Shown piece by piece: positions 27,095 through 38,220 of a DNA stretch of 64,000 nt. The position numbers and the translations under genes are program-made. This DNA comes from an uncultured Gemmatimonadales bacterium (GTDB taxonomy: Bacteria; Gemmatimonadota; Gemmatimonadetes; Longimicrobiales; Gaopeijiaceae). Within the stretch, counting starts at the first letter, position 1, and the number at the start of each line of letters is the position of its first letter. The DNA lies in the NCBI GenBank assembly GCA_963823035.1, contig CAWGKG010000015.1, forward strand, positions 32,001-96,000, read 5' to 3'. The notes beneath the pieces are model-generated. The model did not search any database and was not told the DNA's origin. It worked only from the letters and a program-made list of their open reading frames with translations.

Positions 27095-28105
27095 ATGGAT
27101 CCGAGCCGTTTCTCCCTCAGGCCGGCATCCCTCGCAGCACTCTCCCTCCTCATCGCGTTCCCAGGCAAGACGCTGGCGCAGGCCGGCTCCTTCGGCCCGC
27201 TGACGTTCGAGGAGGGAGCGCCGCTGCAGCGGATGTCGTACACGCACGCCACGGACGTGGCGGACCCCCTCCCGCGTGGCGCGCTCCAGACCGACGTGTG
27301 GATGGGCTACTCGAACATCTTCGAGCGCGACTCCACAGGCACGCACGACCTCTTCCTGGATCTCGAGCGGCTCATCTCGACCGCGGGGGTGCGCTACGGC
27401 GTCGCCGACGGGCTGGAGGTCGGGGGCCGGCTTTCGTGGGAGACGTCGGGCGGGGGCGTCCTCGACGACTTCATCTCGGAGTGGCACCAGACCCTCGGGC
27501 TCGGGAACGCGGACCGGGCCAAGTACCCCAGCGGCAGGTACATCCAGCGGTTGCGCGACCAGGGCGGCGTCGTGCGCCTGGACGTACCCCAACGCACCCT
27601 GGGGCTGGACGACGTGCGCCTCTTCGCGAAGTGGAGGGTCCTGGGATCGACCGGCGGGAGCCGGGTCTTCTCCGTGCGCGCCGTCGCACGCTTCCCCACG
27701 CAGCAGAACCAGGTCGGGCCGCAGCGCTCCGATGTAGCGCTCATGGCCCTGACGCGGCTGTCGTGGAAGCGCTGGCACGTCCACGGCACGGTCGGTGGCG
27801 CGACGGTGCGCGTGGCGCAGGACTACGACGGGCTCCTGCGCTCGTCGTCATGGTTCGCCGACCTCGCCGTCGAGCGCAACCTGACCGGCTCGTTCTCGGC
27901 CCTGGCCCAGTACTCGCTGGCGACGCCTCGCCTGCGCGGGATCGGACAGCCCGAGGTCGACGGCGCGCCCGGCAACCTCCTCTTCGGAGCCGCCGGCTCA
28001 CTGGGTAGGTCCTGGCGCTGGGACGTGAGCTTCCAGGAGGACGTTCCGGCCATGAGCCCCTCCGTGGACTTCACGCTCGGCATCGGCATTCGCAGGAGCT
28101 GGTAG
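27095..28105 (+). CDS. DUF3187-like outer-membrane beta-barrel protein
   Basis: Signal peptide, GGGVLDDFISEWHQTLG, FQED, C-terminal Trp. Confidence 0.7.
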   Translation: MDPSRFSLRPASLAALSLLIAFPGKTLAQAGSFGPLTFEEGAPLQRMSYTHATDVADPLPRGALQTDVWMGYSNIFERDSTGTHDLFLDLERLISTAGVRYGVADGLEVGGRLSWETSGGGVLDDFISEWHQTLGLGNADRAKYPSGRYIQRLRDQGGVVRLDVPQRTLGLDDVRLFAKWRVLGSTGGSRVFSVRAVARFPTQQNQVGPQRSDVALMALTRLSWKRWHVHGTVGGATVRVAQDYDGLLRSSSWFADLAVERNLTGSFSALAQYSLATPRLRGIGQPEVDGAPGNLLFGAAGSLGRSWRWDVSFQEDVPAMSPSVDFTLGIGIRRSW

Positions 28106-28211
28106 AGGGCCGGGGGGGCGGTCGGCGGGTGGGTGGGAGACTTCCGCGGGTGGGGGGGCCATCTTGGGCATCCACCCCCCGCGAGCCCGACGACGACGGA
28201 AGACCGGTCCG

Positions 28212-29207
28212 ATGTTCCGAACCCTCGCGAACGCCCTCCCGCTCTCCCTCACGCTCCTCTTCCCGTTGGGCGTGTCCGCGCAACGTCCCCCCTTGGGACC
28301 GCTGAGCGCGGAGGAGGGCGCGCCCCTCCAGCGGCTGGGCTACACGCCCATGGTGGAGGCCGCCGCTCCGGTCGGGGTCGGGACGCTGCGCACAGAGGTG
28401 TGGATCGGATACACGAACCTCTTCGAGCAGGACTCCACCGCCGACCACGTGCTCTACCTGGACATGGAGCGGATGGTCACCGCGGTAACCGTCCGCTACG
28501 GTCTCGCCGAGGACGTCGAGGTGGGAGGCCGCCTCTCCCTCCATTCGTCCTGGGGGGGATTCCTGGACGGCGCCATGGTCGGCTTCCATCGCTTGCTGGG
28601 TCTCGGGGTGCGTGAGCGGCCGTTCCATCCGGAAGGCGCGTACCGCGACGTCCTGCGCGACGGGGGTGGACGGACGCTCGCCGAGGTGCCCGAGCGACAT
28701 CTCGCCCTCGACGACGTGCGCCTGTTCGCCAAGTGGGGGCTGCTCGCCGGGCCCCATGGCGCCGGCAGCCTGAGCGTGCGCGCCGTCGCCCGCATCCCCA
28801 CGTCGCAGCCCACGGTCGGATCCGAGCGGGCCGACGTTGGGCTCATGCTCCTCGGCAACGTGGCGTGGCGCGGCGTCCATCTCCACGCCATGGCCGGAGG
28901 GTCCAGCGTGCGGCGCGGCGCCGACATGCTCGACGTCCTCCGCGGTCGGCAGTGGTTCGGGATGGTCGGTGTCGAGCGTCCCCTGCGGGAGGGGCTGTCG
29001 GGTGTGGTCGAGTGGACCGCCTCGACGTCGCTGGTGCGCGACTTCGGTGATCACGACGTGGACGGCGCTCCGATGAACGTCGTCTTCGGCCTCGTGGGCG
29101 TCACCGGGAGCGGCTGGCGGTGGGAGGCGGCGCTGCAGGAGGACTGCCCGCCCCGCGGTCCCTCGCTCGACTTCACGCTGCAACTCGCGCTCGCCCGCAG
29201 CTGGTGA
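28212..29207 (+). CDS. DUF3187-like outer-membrane protein (tandem paralog)
   Basis: Colinear with the previous gene: EEGAPLQR, LDDVRLFAKW, VDGAP, QED, DFTL...RSW. Confidence 0.7.
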   Translation: MFRTLANALPLSLTLLFPLGVSAQRPPLGPLSAEEGAPLQRLGYTPMVEAAAPVGVGTLRTEVWIGYTNLFEQDSTADHVLYLDMERMVTAVTVRYGLAEDVEVGGRLSLHSSWGGFLDGAMVGFHRLLGLGVRERPFHPEGAYRDVLRDGGGRTLAEVPERHLALDDVRLFAKWGLLAGPHGAGSLSVRAVARIPTSQPTVGSERADVGLMLLGNVAWRGVHLHAMAGGSSVRRGADMLDVLRGRQWFGMVGVERPLREGLSGVVEWTASTSLVRDFGDHDVDGAPMNVVFGLVGVTGSGWRWEAALQEDCPPRGPSLDFTLQLALARSW

Positions 29208-29239
29208 GCGGAGGAGCCGGCGGACGAGCGAGGGGGGAA

Positions 29240-29312
<73 letters not shown>

Positions 29313-29515
29313 GATCGCCCGGATGATACCGGCGCGCGACGGGCGCTTCAAGGTCCCGGCGTCGGCACCCCCGGCCCTTCCGGCAGGGCTCGCCCGGAGT
29401 CTCCCCGGCGGTGGCGCGAGGAACGTGCTGGTGACGCGCCGCACGCCATGCGATCATAGGTCGATCGTTCGCCCTGGACAGGGGCGCCGCGACGGACGCG
29501 ACGGGAGGCCCCCGC

Positions 29516-29686
29516 ATGCTCAAGTGGATCCGTGACGTGAGGCTGGACTTCAAGACCGGGGTGGTCGTGATCATCCTCGCGCTGGTCTTCTGGGGGATCG
29601 TGACGCTGGGCGCGTGTCCGCGACTTCGTGCCCGAGGAGTACAAGGAGTCCGCGCCGGAGACGCCGGTCCGGGTGCCCTAGCCTAG
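29516..29686 (+). CDS. Small single-TM protein (possible frameshift near 29615)
   Basis: GGGAGG RBS, MLKWIRDVRLDFKTGVVVIILALVFWGIVTLG; not in the ORF track. Confidence 0.5.
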   Translation: MLKWIRDVRLDFKTGVVVIILALVFWGIVTLGACPRLRARGVQGVRAGDAGPGALA

Positions 29687-29733
29687 GACAGGACCCCGGC
29701 AGGCTGTTGAAGAGGGCCCGCGCGGACGGACGC

Positions 29734-31222
29734 TCACCCCTGGGCGGCGCGCAGCAACACGTAGAAGGTGCACCCCGAGCCCGGCTGCGACACCACGCCC
29801 ACCTCGCCACCCATCCGCTCGACCGCCTTCTGGACGATCGACAGCCCCACGCCCGTGCCGGGGAAGCGGGTGGGATCGAGGCGCTCGAAGGCCCGGAAGG
29901 CGCGCGCGACGTCTCCCGGCGCGACACCGATGCCGTTGTCCGTGATCTCGATGCGCACGTGCGTCTCCTGGCGGCGCGCGCCGATGTGCACGGACGGCGT
30001 CCGCCCCTTCGGCACGAACTTGACCGCGTTGGACAGGAGGTTCTCCACCACGCTCTCCAGGAGCATCCGGTCGGCCTCCACGGCCGGGAGGTCCTCCTCC
30101 ACCGCGACGGAGGCGCCGCGCTCCTCGATGGGGCCGGCGAGGGCGGCGCGCGCTCCCTCGACCACGTCCGCGAGCTCGATCCGCTCCAGGCGCACGGGTG
30201 CGCGACTCACGCGCCCGTAGCTCAACACGTCCTGCACGAAGCCGTCCATCCTCCGGCTGGCCACGAGCATGCGATCGAGGAACTCCCGGGCCCTCCCGCT
30301 CATCTCGTGGCCATGCTCGGCCGACAGGATGGAGGCGAAGCCGCCGAGGGTGACCAGGTGCGTCCTGAGGTCGTGCGACACCGAGTACGTGAAGCCCTCG
30401 AGCTCGGAGACGGCCTCCTGGAGCTCCCGCGTGCGTCGCTCGGCCAACTGGTGCAGGGCCCAGTCCTCCGAGACGTCCCGGATCGAGCCCTGGTACTCCG
30501 CCACCTGGCCCTCCGAGGCGCGGCGGGCGGTGGCCGTGACCAGGCAGTCGCGGAGCTCCCCGGCGCGTGTGCGCAGCTGGACCGGGAAGTCCTCCACGAA
30601 CCCGTCCCGCACGATCCTCTGGCGGAAGAGGTCGCGGTCGGAGGGCTCGGCGTAGAGCGTCGAGATGTCGAGGTCCAACAGCTCGGCGCGTCCGTAGCCG
30701 AAGAGCCGCACCAGGGCGTCGTTGGCCTCGATCACCTTCCCGTCGACGTGGGACACGTACATGGCGTCGCGTGACCGCTCGAAGAGCACGCGGTAGCGAT
30801 CCTCGGTCTCCCTCAGGGCGTGCTCGGCGGCGCGCCAGTCGGTGAGGTGCCGGTCCAGACGCACGCCCAGGTCGCGCAGCAGCCCGACCACGCAACCCAC
30901 CACGATCACGAGCGCCGACCCCTCCGCCCCCGCCTCCCGGGCCACCAGCTCCCACCCCTCCACGCCGACCAGGTGAGAGCAGGAGGGCGTTGAGCGGCAC
31001 GCTCGCCACGCCCGCGAGAAGCCCGCCCCACGCGCCGAACAGCCATCCGAGGATCACCACCGGGAAGAGGGCGAGCGCCAGCACGGCGGTGTCCCCTTCG
31101 CGGTAGAGAGGGACGAACGCCGTCGCGTACACGACCACCACCAACGCCGCGAGCGCGAGCCGCCGCCACATGGGCTCGATGACGAGGCTCGAGCGAAACG
31201 GGTTCCGACGCTCGGGTCTCAT
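29734..31222 (-). CDS. Membrane PAS-domain histidine kinase (frameshift near 30975)
   Basis: TM N-terminus, PAS, YSVSHDLRT, NLLSNAVKF, DNGIG, GTGVGL. Confidence 0.88.
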
Positions 31223-31653
31223 GGCGCCGACGGGCCCGGTCGGGCGTCGGAGGCGATCTGGAAGACCCGCCGGAAGATCTCGAGGTAGCGGCGGAAGTCG
31301 GCCGGCTTCTGGAAGTAGCCGCGCGCGCCGAGGTTGAACGCGTGGTCCGCGTCCATGGGGTTCTCGGAGGCCGTGAGCACGACCACCGGGACGTGCAGGA
31401 GGCTCGGGACCTCCCGCATCCACTCGAGCACCTCGAACCCGGAGGCGTGGGGCATGCCGAGGTCGAGGATGACGACGCCCCCTTCCACCGGCTCGTGCCC
31501 GGCGACGCGGCGACGCATCCAGGAGATCGCCTCACGGCCGTCGGCGACTTCGTGGACGGGAACGTCCGCCTGGACGCGGGCCAGCGCCTCTTTCACGAGG
31601 ATCCGGTGGTCCGCCTCGTCCTCGACCAGGAGGATCCAGTCCACGGGAGGCAT
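31219..31653 (-). CDS. Single-domain response regulator
   Basis: LLVEDE, ILDLGMP, VLTAS, QKP. Confidence 0.9.
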   Translation of the reverse strand: MPPVDWILLVEDEADHRILVKEALARVQADVPVHEVADGREAISWMRRRVAGHEPVEGGVVILDLGMPHASGFEVLEWMREVPSLLHVPVVVLTASENPMDADHAFNLGARGYFQKPADFRRYLEIFRRVFQIASDARPGPSAP

Positions 31654-31743
31654 CGCCTGCCTTTTCGGTGGTCTCAGTCGCTTTCCGGGGGATGCTCAAA
31701 GATGGAAACGAATGGCGGCAGGCGCCAACGTTTCGAGCCTCCG

Positions 31744-32734
31744 TCAGCCCTCCGCGTCCGGGCGGTTGCGCTCCAGGAAGTCGTCCGTCCCCTCCGGGAG
31801 GAGGAGGTCGTCGGAGATGGCCGCGATCTCCTCGGCCTCCTCCCACGCGCGCTCCAGACGCCACAGCTCGCCCTCCAGGGCGCGCCGCTCCTGCTCCTCG
31901 TGCAGCGCCATCTCGACGGCCAGGCGGGTGGGTGCGGACAGCTTCGCGAGCTTCCCGTCCCCGGAGCTGGACGGCGTGGTTCCCCGCGGCGCTGCGCATC
32001 ACGGCGTCCGGACTGCCGTGCTCGTCGAGGAGGCGCACCGCGTCCTGGACGTCCGCGCGCTTCGCGCCCCGCCGGTTGATCCGGCTGATGACGATGCCGG
32101 CGGCCTGCTGGGCCTCCGTGCCCTCGAACCGGTATTCCTTGCGCCTCTTCTTCACCACGAACGACCAGTCGCCCTCCGCGTACTCGATCCTGGCGCGGGC
32201 CAGATCGGGGTTCTTGAGCTTGAGGATCTGGCCGTCCGGCGCACGGACGCGGGCGAGCGTCCGGCCGTTCACGAACACGTTCACGAAGTTGCCGGACTGG
32301 CCCAGGAGCCCCGCGCTGATCGCGCCCGTCGCCACACCGCCCACGAGCACCAGGCCCACGACGGCCACGCCGCCGACGCCATAGAGGATGGCTCGCTTGC
32401 GGCGCCGCCCGAACTGGTCGCCGTAGCGCCACGCGGCGAACTCGGGACGCAGGGGCTCTCCGATGCGGACCAGCTCCAGCCCCTCCGGATGGCGGGCCAG
32501 CCCGATGTGCTCGGTGGAGACCCGCACGCGCGTCCCACGGAAGATCCGCTCGCACGTTTCCACGGCCTCCCACCGCTCCTCCAGCGGCGACAGGTTCCAC
32601 CGCTCGCACTTTCCGCACACGACCCAGAGCCGGCCCTTCGCGGCGTCGAAGGCGAGCCTCCGCCCGACGGGGAAGGTCTCGACCACCTCGTTGGAGCCGA
32701 GCGGCTTGTTGCAGAACATGCAGGTCGTGAACAC
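31744..32734 (-). CDS. Hypothetical protein with N-terminal Zn ribbon and one TM (frameshift near 31960)
   Basis: CMFC...CGKC motifs; C-terminus LAVEMALHEEQERRALEGELWRLERAWEEAEEIAAISD lies in another frame. Confidence 0.7.
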
Positions 32735-32895
32735 GGGGCCTTCCGGACAGGAGGGACGCGAGGTCGTATATCGAACATACGACGGGGTTCTGCCGCTCCT
32801 TCAGCCCGTGGGGCCGCCGGCGCCGGCCTTGACCCGCCCGGCGGGGACCCGCCCATTGGCTCGATCCACGACCACCGCCCCCGACCCGGCGCCCG

Positions 32896-34092
32896 ATGAC
32901 CCCCGACAACCCCACGACGGTCTTCGTCGACCCGATGGCGGTCTTCGCCTTCCTGGCGCTCCTGGTGGCGGGGATCTTCTGGCTGTCGGGGCTGGAGCGG
33001 CTCAAGAAGGCCTTCGAGGTGATCCCGCCGGTCATCTACGTCTACTTCCTGCCGATGCTCGCCACGACGTTCGGCGTCACGCCTTCGTCCTCGGCCGCGT
33101 ACGACTGGACCACGCGCTACCTCCTCCCCTTCGCGCTCCTCCTCCTGATGATCTCGATCGATCTCAAGAGCGTGGCCCGGCTGGGCCCCACCGCGCTCTT
33201 CATGGTGGTCGCGGGGACGGTGGGCATCATCCTCGGGGGACCGATCGCGCTCCTCCTCTTCAAGGGCTTCCTCCCCGCGGACGCGTGGACCGGCTTCGCG
33301 GCGCTCTCCGGAAGCTGGATCGGGGGCACGGCGAACATGGTGGCCATCGCCGAGAGCGTGGGCACGCCCGAGTCGGCGTTCGGGCCGATCATCGTGGTCG
33401 ACACGGTCGTGGGGTACGGGTGGATGGGCGTGCTCCTCCTCTTCTCGGGCTACCAGGCGCTCTTCGACCGCTGGATCGGCGCGAAGACGGACGCCATCGA
33501 GGAGACCAATCGCCGACTCTCCGAGATGCACCACGAGCGCGCGCCGACCACCCTGCGGGACGCCGCGGTCATGATCGGTCTGGGCATGGCCGGCGCCGTT
33601 GCCTCGGTGGCGGCGGGCGAGCGCCTTCCCACGCTGGGCGACCCGACGATCATCAGCCACACGACGTGGGCCGTGCTCGTGGTGGTCACGGGCGGGCTGC
33701 TGCTCTCCTTCACGCGCCTGCGCGACTACGAGAAGGTGGGGGCGTCGGGGCTGGGCTACACGGCGCTCTACCTCCTTCTGGCCGGGATCGGCGCACAGGG
33801 GGACCTGCGGGCGGTGCTGCAGTGGCCCTACTACTTCGCCGCCGGCGCGGTGTGGATCGCGATCCACGTGGCGGTGCTGCTCCTGGCGGCGCGCCTGATC
33901 CGCGCTCCCTTCTTCTTCGTCGCGACCGGGAGCATGGCGAACATCGGCGGGGCGGCGACGGCGCCGGTGGTGGCCGGCGTCTATCATCCCGCCATGGCGC
34001 CCGTCGGGCTCCTCATGGCGGTCGCGGGTTACATCCTGGGAATCTACGGAGGCCTGGCGTGCGCCTGGCTCCTGAGCATCATCGGAGCATGA
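32896..34092 (+). CDS. DUF819 family membrane protein
   Basis: GSWIGGTANM and SMANIGG motifs; about 11 TMs. Confidence 0.88.
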   Translation: MTPDNPTTVFVDPMAVFAFLALLVAGIFWLSGLERLKKAFEVIPPVIYVYFLPMLATTFGVTPSSSAAYDWTTRYLLPFALLLLMISIDLKSVARLGPTALFMVVAGTVGIILGGPIALLLFKGFLPADAWTGFAALSGSWIGGTANMVAIAESVGTPESAFGPIIVVDTVVGYGWMGVLLLFSGYQALFDRWIGAKTDAIEETNRRLSEMHHERAPTTLRDAAVMIGLGMAGAVASVAAGERLPTLGDPTIISHTTWAVLVVVTGGLLLSFTRLRDYEKVGASGLGYTALYLLLAGIGAQGDLRAVLQWPYYFAAGAVWIAIHVAVLLLAARLIRAPFFFVATGSMANIGGAATAPVVAGVYHPAMAPVGLLMAVAGYILGIYGGLACAWLLSIIGA

Positions 34093-34093
34093 C

Positions 34094-35670
34094 ATGACCT
34101 CGAACGTCCGCAGGTACCTCGCGCTGGTCCCGGCCCTCGGGGCCCTCCTCCTCCCGGGCACGCCCCTGGCCGCCCAGAGCGGTCCGGAGGTGGCGCGCGC
34201 ATGGCGGGACGCGCACGGACCCGGGATCATCCGGGACTTCGCCGAGTTCCTCTCCTATCCCAACAACGCCAGCGACACCGTGAACATCCGTCGCACGGCC
34301 GGATTCATCCGCGACCGGCTGATCACGGCGGGCGTGGACGCGGAGCTGCTCGAGCTGGACGCCGGCACGCCGCCGATCGTCTACGGTCGGCTCGAGGTGC
34401 CGGGCGCGACGCGCACGCTCGGGCTGTACGTGCACTACGACGGTCAGCCGGCCGACCCGTCCAACTGGACGCACGCGCCGTGGGAGCCCACGCTCTACAC
34501 CCGCGCGATCGAAGCGGGAGGCACCGTGCGAGCCCTCCCCACGGACGGCGAGGCGATCGACCCGGAGTGGCGCCTCTACGCCCGCTCCGCCGGCGACGAC
34601 AAGGCCCCGATCGCGGCGCTCCTGCCCGTGCTCGACGCCTTCCGGGAAGGAGGCGTCACGCCCACGTCGAACCTGGTGTTCTTCTTCGAGGGGGAGGAGG
34701 AGGCGGGCTCCGATCACCTCGGACAGTACCTCGATCGCTACCGCGATCGCATCGACGACATCGACGTCTGGCTCTTCTTCGACGGCCCCGCGCACCAGAG
34801 TGGGCGTCCGCAGCTCACCTTCGGCGTACGCGGCGTGACCGGGATGGAGGTGACCCTGTACGGGCCGGTACGGCCGCTCCACTCCGGCCACTACGGGAAC
34901 TGGGCGCCCGTCCCGGGCCAGATGCTCGCCGCGCTCCTGGCGAGCATGAAGGACGCACAGGGGACACGTGCTCGTCGACGGCTTCTACGACACCGTCGGA
35001 GCCGCTCGGCCCCGAGGAGCAGGCCGCCCTCGAGGCCCTGCCCAGCTACGACGACCAGTTGAAGCGCGAGCTCGGCCTGATGTGGACGGAGGGCGAGCCG
35101 GAGACGCTGGCGGAGCGACTCCTCCTCCCGTCGCTCACCGTGCGCGGGCTGTCGAGCGGCAACACCGGGAGGCTGGCGCGCAACGTCATCCCGGCGACCG
35201 CCACGGCCACGCTGGGCATCCGGCTGGTGAAGGGGAACGACCCCGACCACATGGTCGACCTGGTCGAGGACCACATCCGCGCGCAGGGCTACCACATCGT
35301 GCGCGAGGATCCCGACATGGCCACGCGCCTCACGTACCCGAAGATCGCCAAGGTGACGCGCGGCAACGGCTACCCGGCGGCACGCACCTCGATGGACGAT
35401 CCCTTCGTGCTGGAGGTGATCGGGGCGGCGCACGCGGCGGCCGACGAGGCGTTCGGCGACGGCTCGCTGGTGCTCACGCCCGCGCTCGGGGGCTCGCTCC
35501 CGCTCTACCTCTTCTCCGACGGGCTGCACAAGCCGTTCGTGAACGTCCCGATCGCGAACCACGACGACAACCAGCACGCGCCGGACGAGAACCTGCGCAT
35601 CGCGAACCTCTGGTACGCGATCGAGCTGTACGCGCAGCTCCTCACGATGCCGCGGAAGGTGATTCCGTAG
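34094..35670 (+). CDS. M20/M25/M40 family metallopeptidase, exported (frameshifts near 34965-35000)
   Basis: [34 protein letters not shown]. Confidence 0.88.
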
Positions 35671-38220
35671 CCGGGGGCCCCCTTCCCGACCTTCCGGTTC
35701 GCGACGCGCTTCCCGCCCTGCGTGAGGCGCTCGCCGGCCCGGGCTCGGCCGTGCTGGTGGCGCCGCCCGGCGCCGGCAAGACCACGCTGGTCCCGCTCGC
35801 GCTCCTGGACGAGCCGTGGCTGCGCCGAGGGAAGATCCTCGTGCTCGAGCCTCGCCGCCTGGCCACGCGGGCCGCAGCCGAGCGGATGGCCGAGCTGCTC
35901 GGGGAGGCCGACGCGGGAGGCACGGTGGGCTACCGCATGCGCCTGGAGACCCGCGTCGGCCCGGCCACGCGGATCGAGGTGGTCACCGAGGGGGTCCTCA
36001 CCCGGATGATCCAGACCGACCCCGCGCTCGAGGGCGTCGGGCATGGTCGTGTTCGACGAGCTGCACGAGCGCTCCCTCCAGGCCGACCTCGGCCTCGCGC
36101 TCGTGCTGCACGCGCGCGGGCTCCTGCGGCCCGAGCTGCGCGTGCTGGCGATGTCGGCCACGCTGGCCGCGGAGCCCGTGGCCGCGGCTCCTGGGCGACG
36201 CGCCCGTGATCCGCTCGGAGGGACGCGTCTACCCGGTGGAGACGCGCTGGATGGAGCGGCCGGTCGAGGGATGGATCGAGCCGCATGTCGTGCGCGCCGT
36301 GCTCGACGGCGCTCGACCACGACGAGGGGGACGTGCTCGTCTTCCTGCCGGGCGCCGCCGAGATCCACCGCACGCGCGAGCGTCTCGCGGAAGCGGGCCT
36401 CCCCGGCACGGTCGACGTGCACGCGCTCTTCGGGATGCTCCCGCGCGACGAGCAGCGCCGCGCGATCGCCCCGGCTCCGCCGGGGAGGAGGAAGGTCGTG
36501 CTCGCCTCGGCGATCGCGGAGACGTCCCTCACCCTCGAAGGCGTGCGCGTCGTGGTGGACGCGGGGCTGATGCGCGTGCCGCGCTTCGATCCGGGGAGCG
36601 GGATGACGCGGCTGGAGACCGTTCGCGTCACGCGCGACGCGGCGGACCAGCGGCAGAGGGCGCGCCGGGCGCACGGCGCCGGGCGTGTGCGTGCGGATGT
36701 GGACCCGCCACGAGGATCGGGGGCTCGTTCCGGAGCGCGCCCCCGAGATGCGCGAGGCGGACCTGGCACCGCTCGTGCTCGAGCTCGCCCGCTGGGGCGC
36801 CGCGCCGGACGAGCTCCGCTGGCTCGACCCACCGCCGGCCGCGGCCGTCGCCCAGGCGCGCGAGCTCCTGGTCGAGCTGGAGGCGCTCGACGCGTCGGGC
36901 GGGCTGACCGCCCACGGGCGGCGGATGACGGACGTGGGGCTGCACCCGCGCCTCGCCCACATGGTGCTCCGCGGCGCCCACCTCGGACACGGGGGGTTGG
37001 CGTGCGACCTGGCCGCCCTGCTCGAGGAGCGCGACGTGCTGCGCGCCGGAGAGCGGGCGGCGCCCTCCGACCTGCGGCTGCGCGTCGAGCTGCTCACCGG
37101 CGCTCGCGGCGAGGGCCGCGCCGACCGCGGGGCGCTCGCCCGGATCCGGAGGCAGGCGGGCTCGCTCCGCCGGCGGATCGGCGCCGCGGCCGACGCGTCC
37201 ACCGCCGACGCCTCGGGAGAGGGCGTCGCCCACGTCGGCCTGCTCACGGCGCTGGCGTATCCGGACCGCGTGGCGCACCTGCGGCCGGGCGGCCGGACCC
37301 GATTCCTGCTCCGCAACGGGAAGGGGGTGGCGCTCGACCCGACCGACCCCCTGGCCGGCGAAGCCTGGATCGCGGTGGCGGAGCTCGACCCGCGAGGCCG
37401 GGAGGGCCGGGTCTTCCGGGCCGCTCCGCTCTCCGCCGAGGAGGTGGAGGAGGCGTTCGGGGGCCAGGTCGTCGAGGAGGACGAGGTCACCTGGGACGAC
37501 GCGGCGGGACGCGTCGTGGCGCGCCGCGTGCGCCGGCTGGGGGCGCTCGTGCTGCGCGAGGGCGCGCTCCGGAGCCCCGGTGACGAAGGCGTCGCCCGCG
37601 CCCTGTGCGCGGGCGTGCGCTCCGCCGGCCTCCAGGCGCTCCCCTGGACGAAGGAGACCCACCAGCTTCGCGCACGCCTCGACTTCCTCCACCACCTCGA
37701 TCCCTCGGCCTGGCCGGCGGCGTCCGAGGCCGGGCTCCTCGACACCCTCGAGGCCTGGCTGGCGCCCTTCCTCGGCGGGATGCGCTCGCTCGCGGACGTG
37801 TCGAAGGTGGACCTGGCGGAGGCGCTCCTGGCCAGCGTCGGATGGGAGCGGCGCGCGGACGTCGACCGATTGGCGCCGTCGCACCTGGAGGTGCCGTCCG
37901 GCTCACGGATCGCGCTCGACTACGACGACCCCGCGGCGCCCGCGCTCGCGGTCCGTCTGCAGGAGGTGTTCGGGATGACCGAGACGCCCCGCGTCGGCGG
38001 GGGACGCGTTCCGCTCACGATGCGGCTCCTGTCGCCGGCGCACCGGCCCGTCCAGGTCACGAGGGACCTCGCGAGCTTCTGGCGCGGACGCCTACTTCGA
38101 CGTGCGCAAGGACCTGCGGGCGCGCTATCCCAAGCACGCGTGGCCGGAGGATCCGCTCGAGGCCGAGCCCACCCGGCGCACGAAGCGCGCGGCGGCCGAC
38201 GAGCCGACCTCAGCCCGTGA
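35667..38220 (+). CDS. hrpB: ATP-dependent helicase HrpB (several frameshifts; boundaries approximate)
   Basis: [89 protein letters not shown], spread over several frames. Confidence 0.9.

Noticed and set aside
35667..38220. hrpB as a pseudogene or programmed-frameshift gene
   Set aside because: Motifs are intact, no slippery sites were seen, and the same indel pattern affects unrelated genes.
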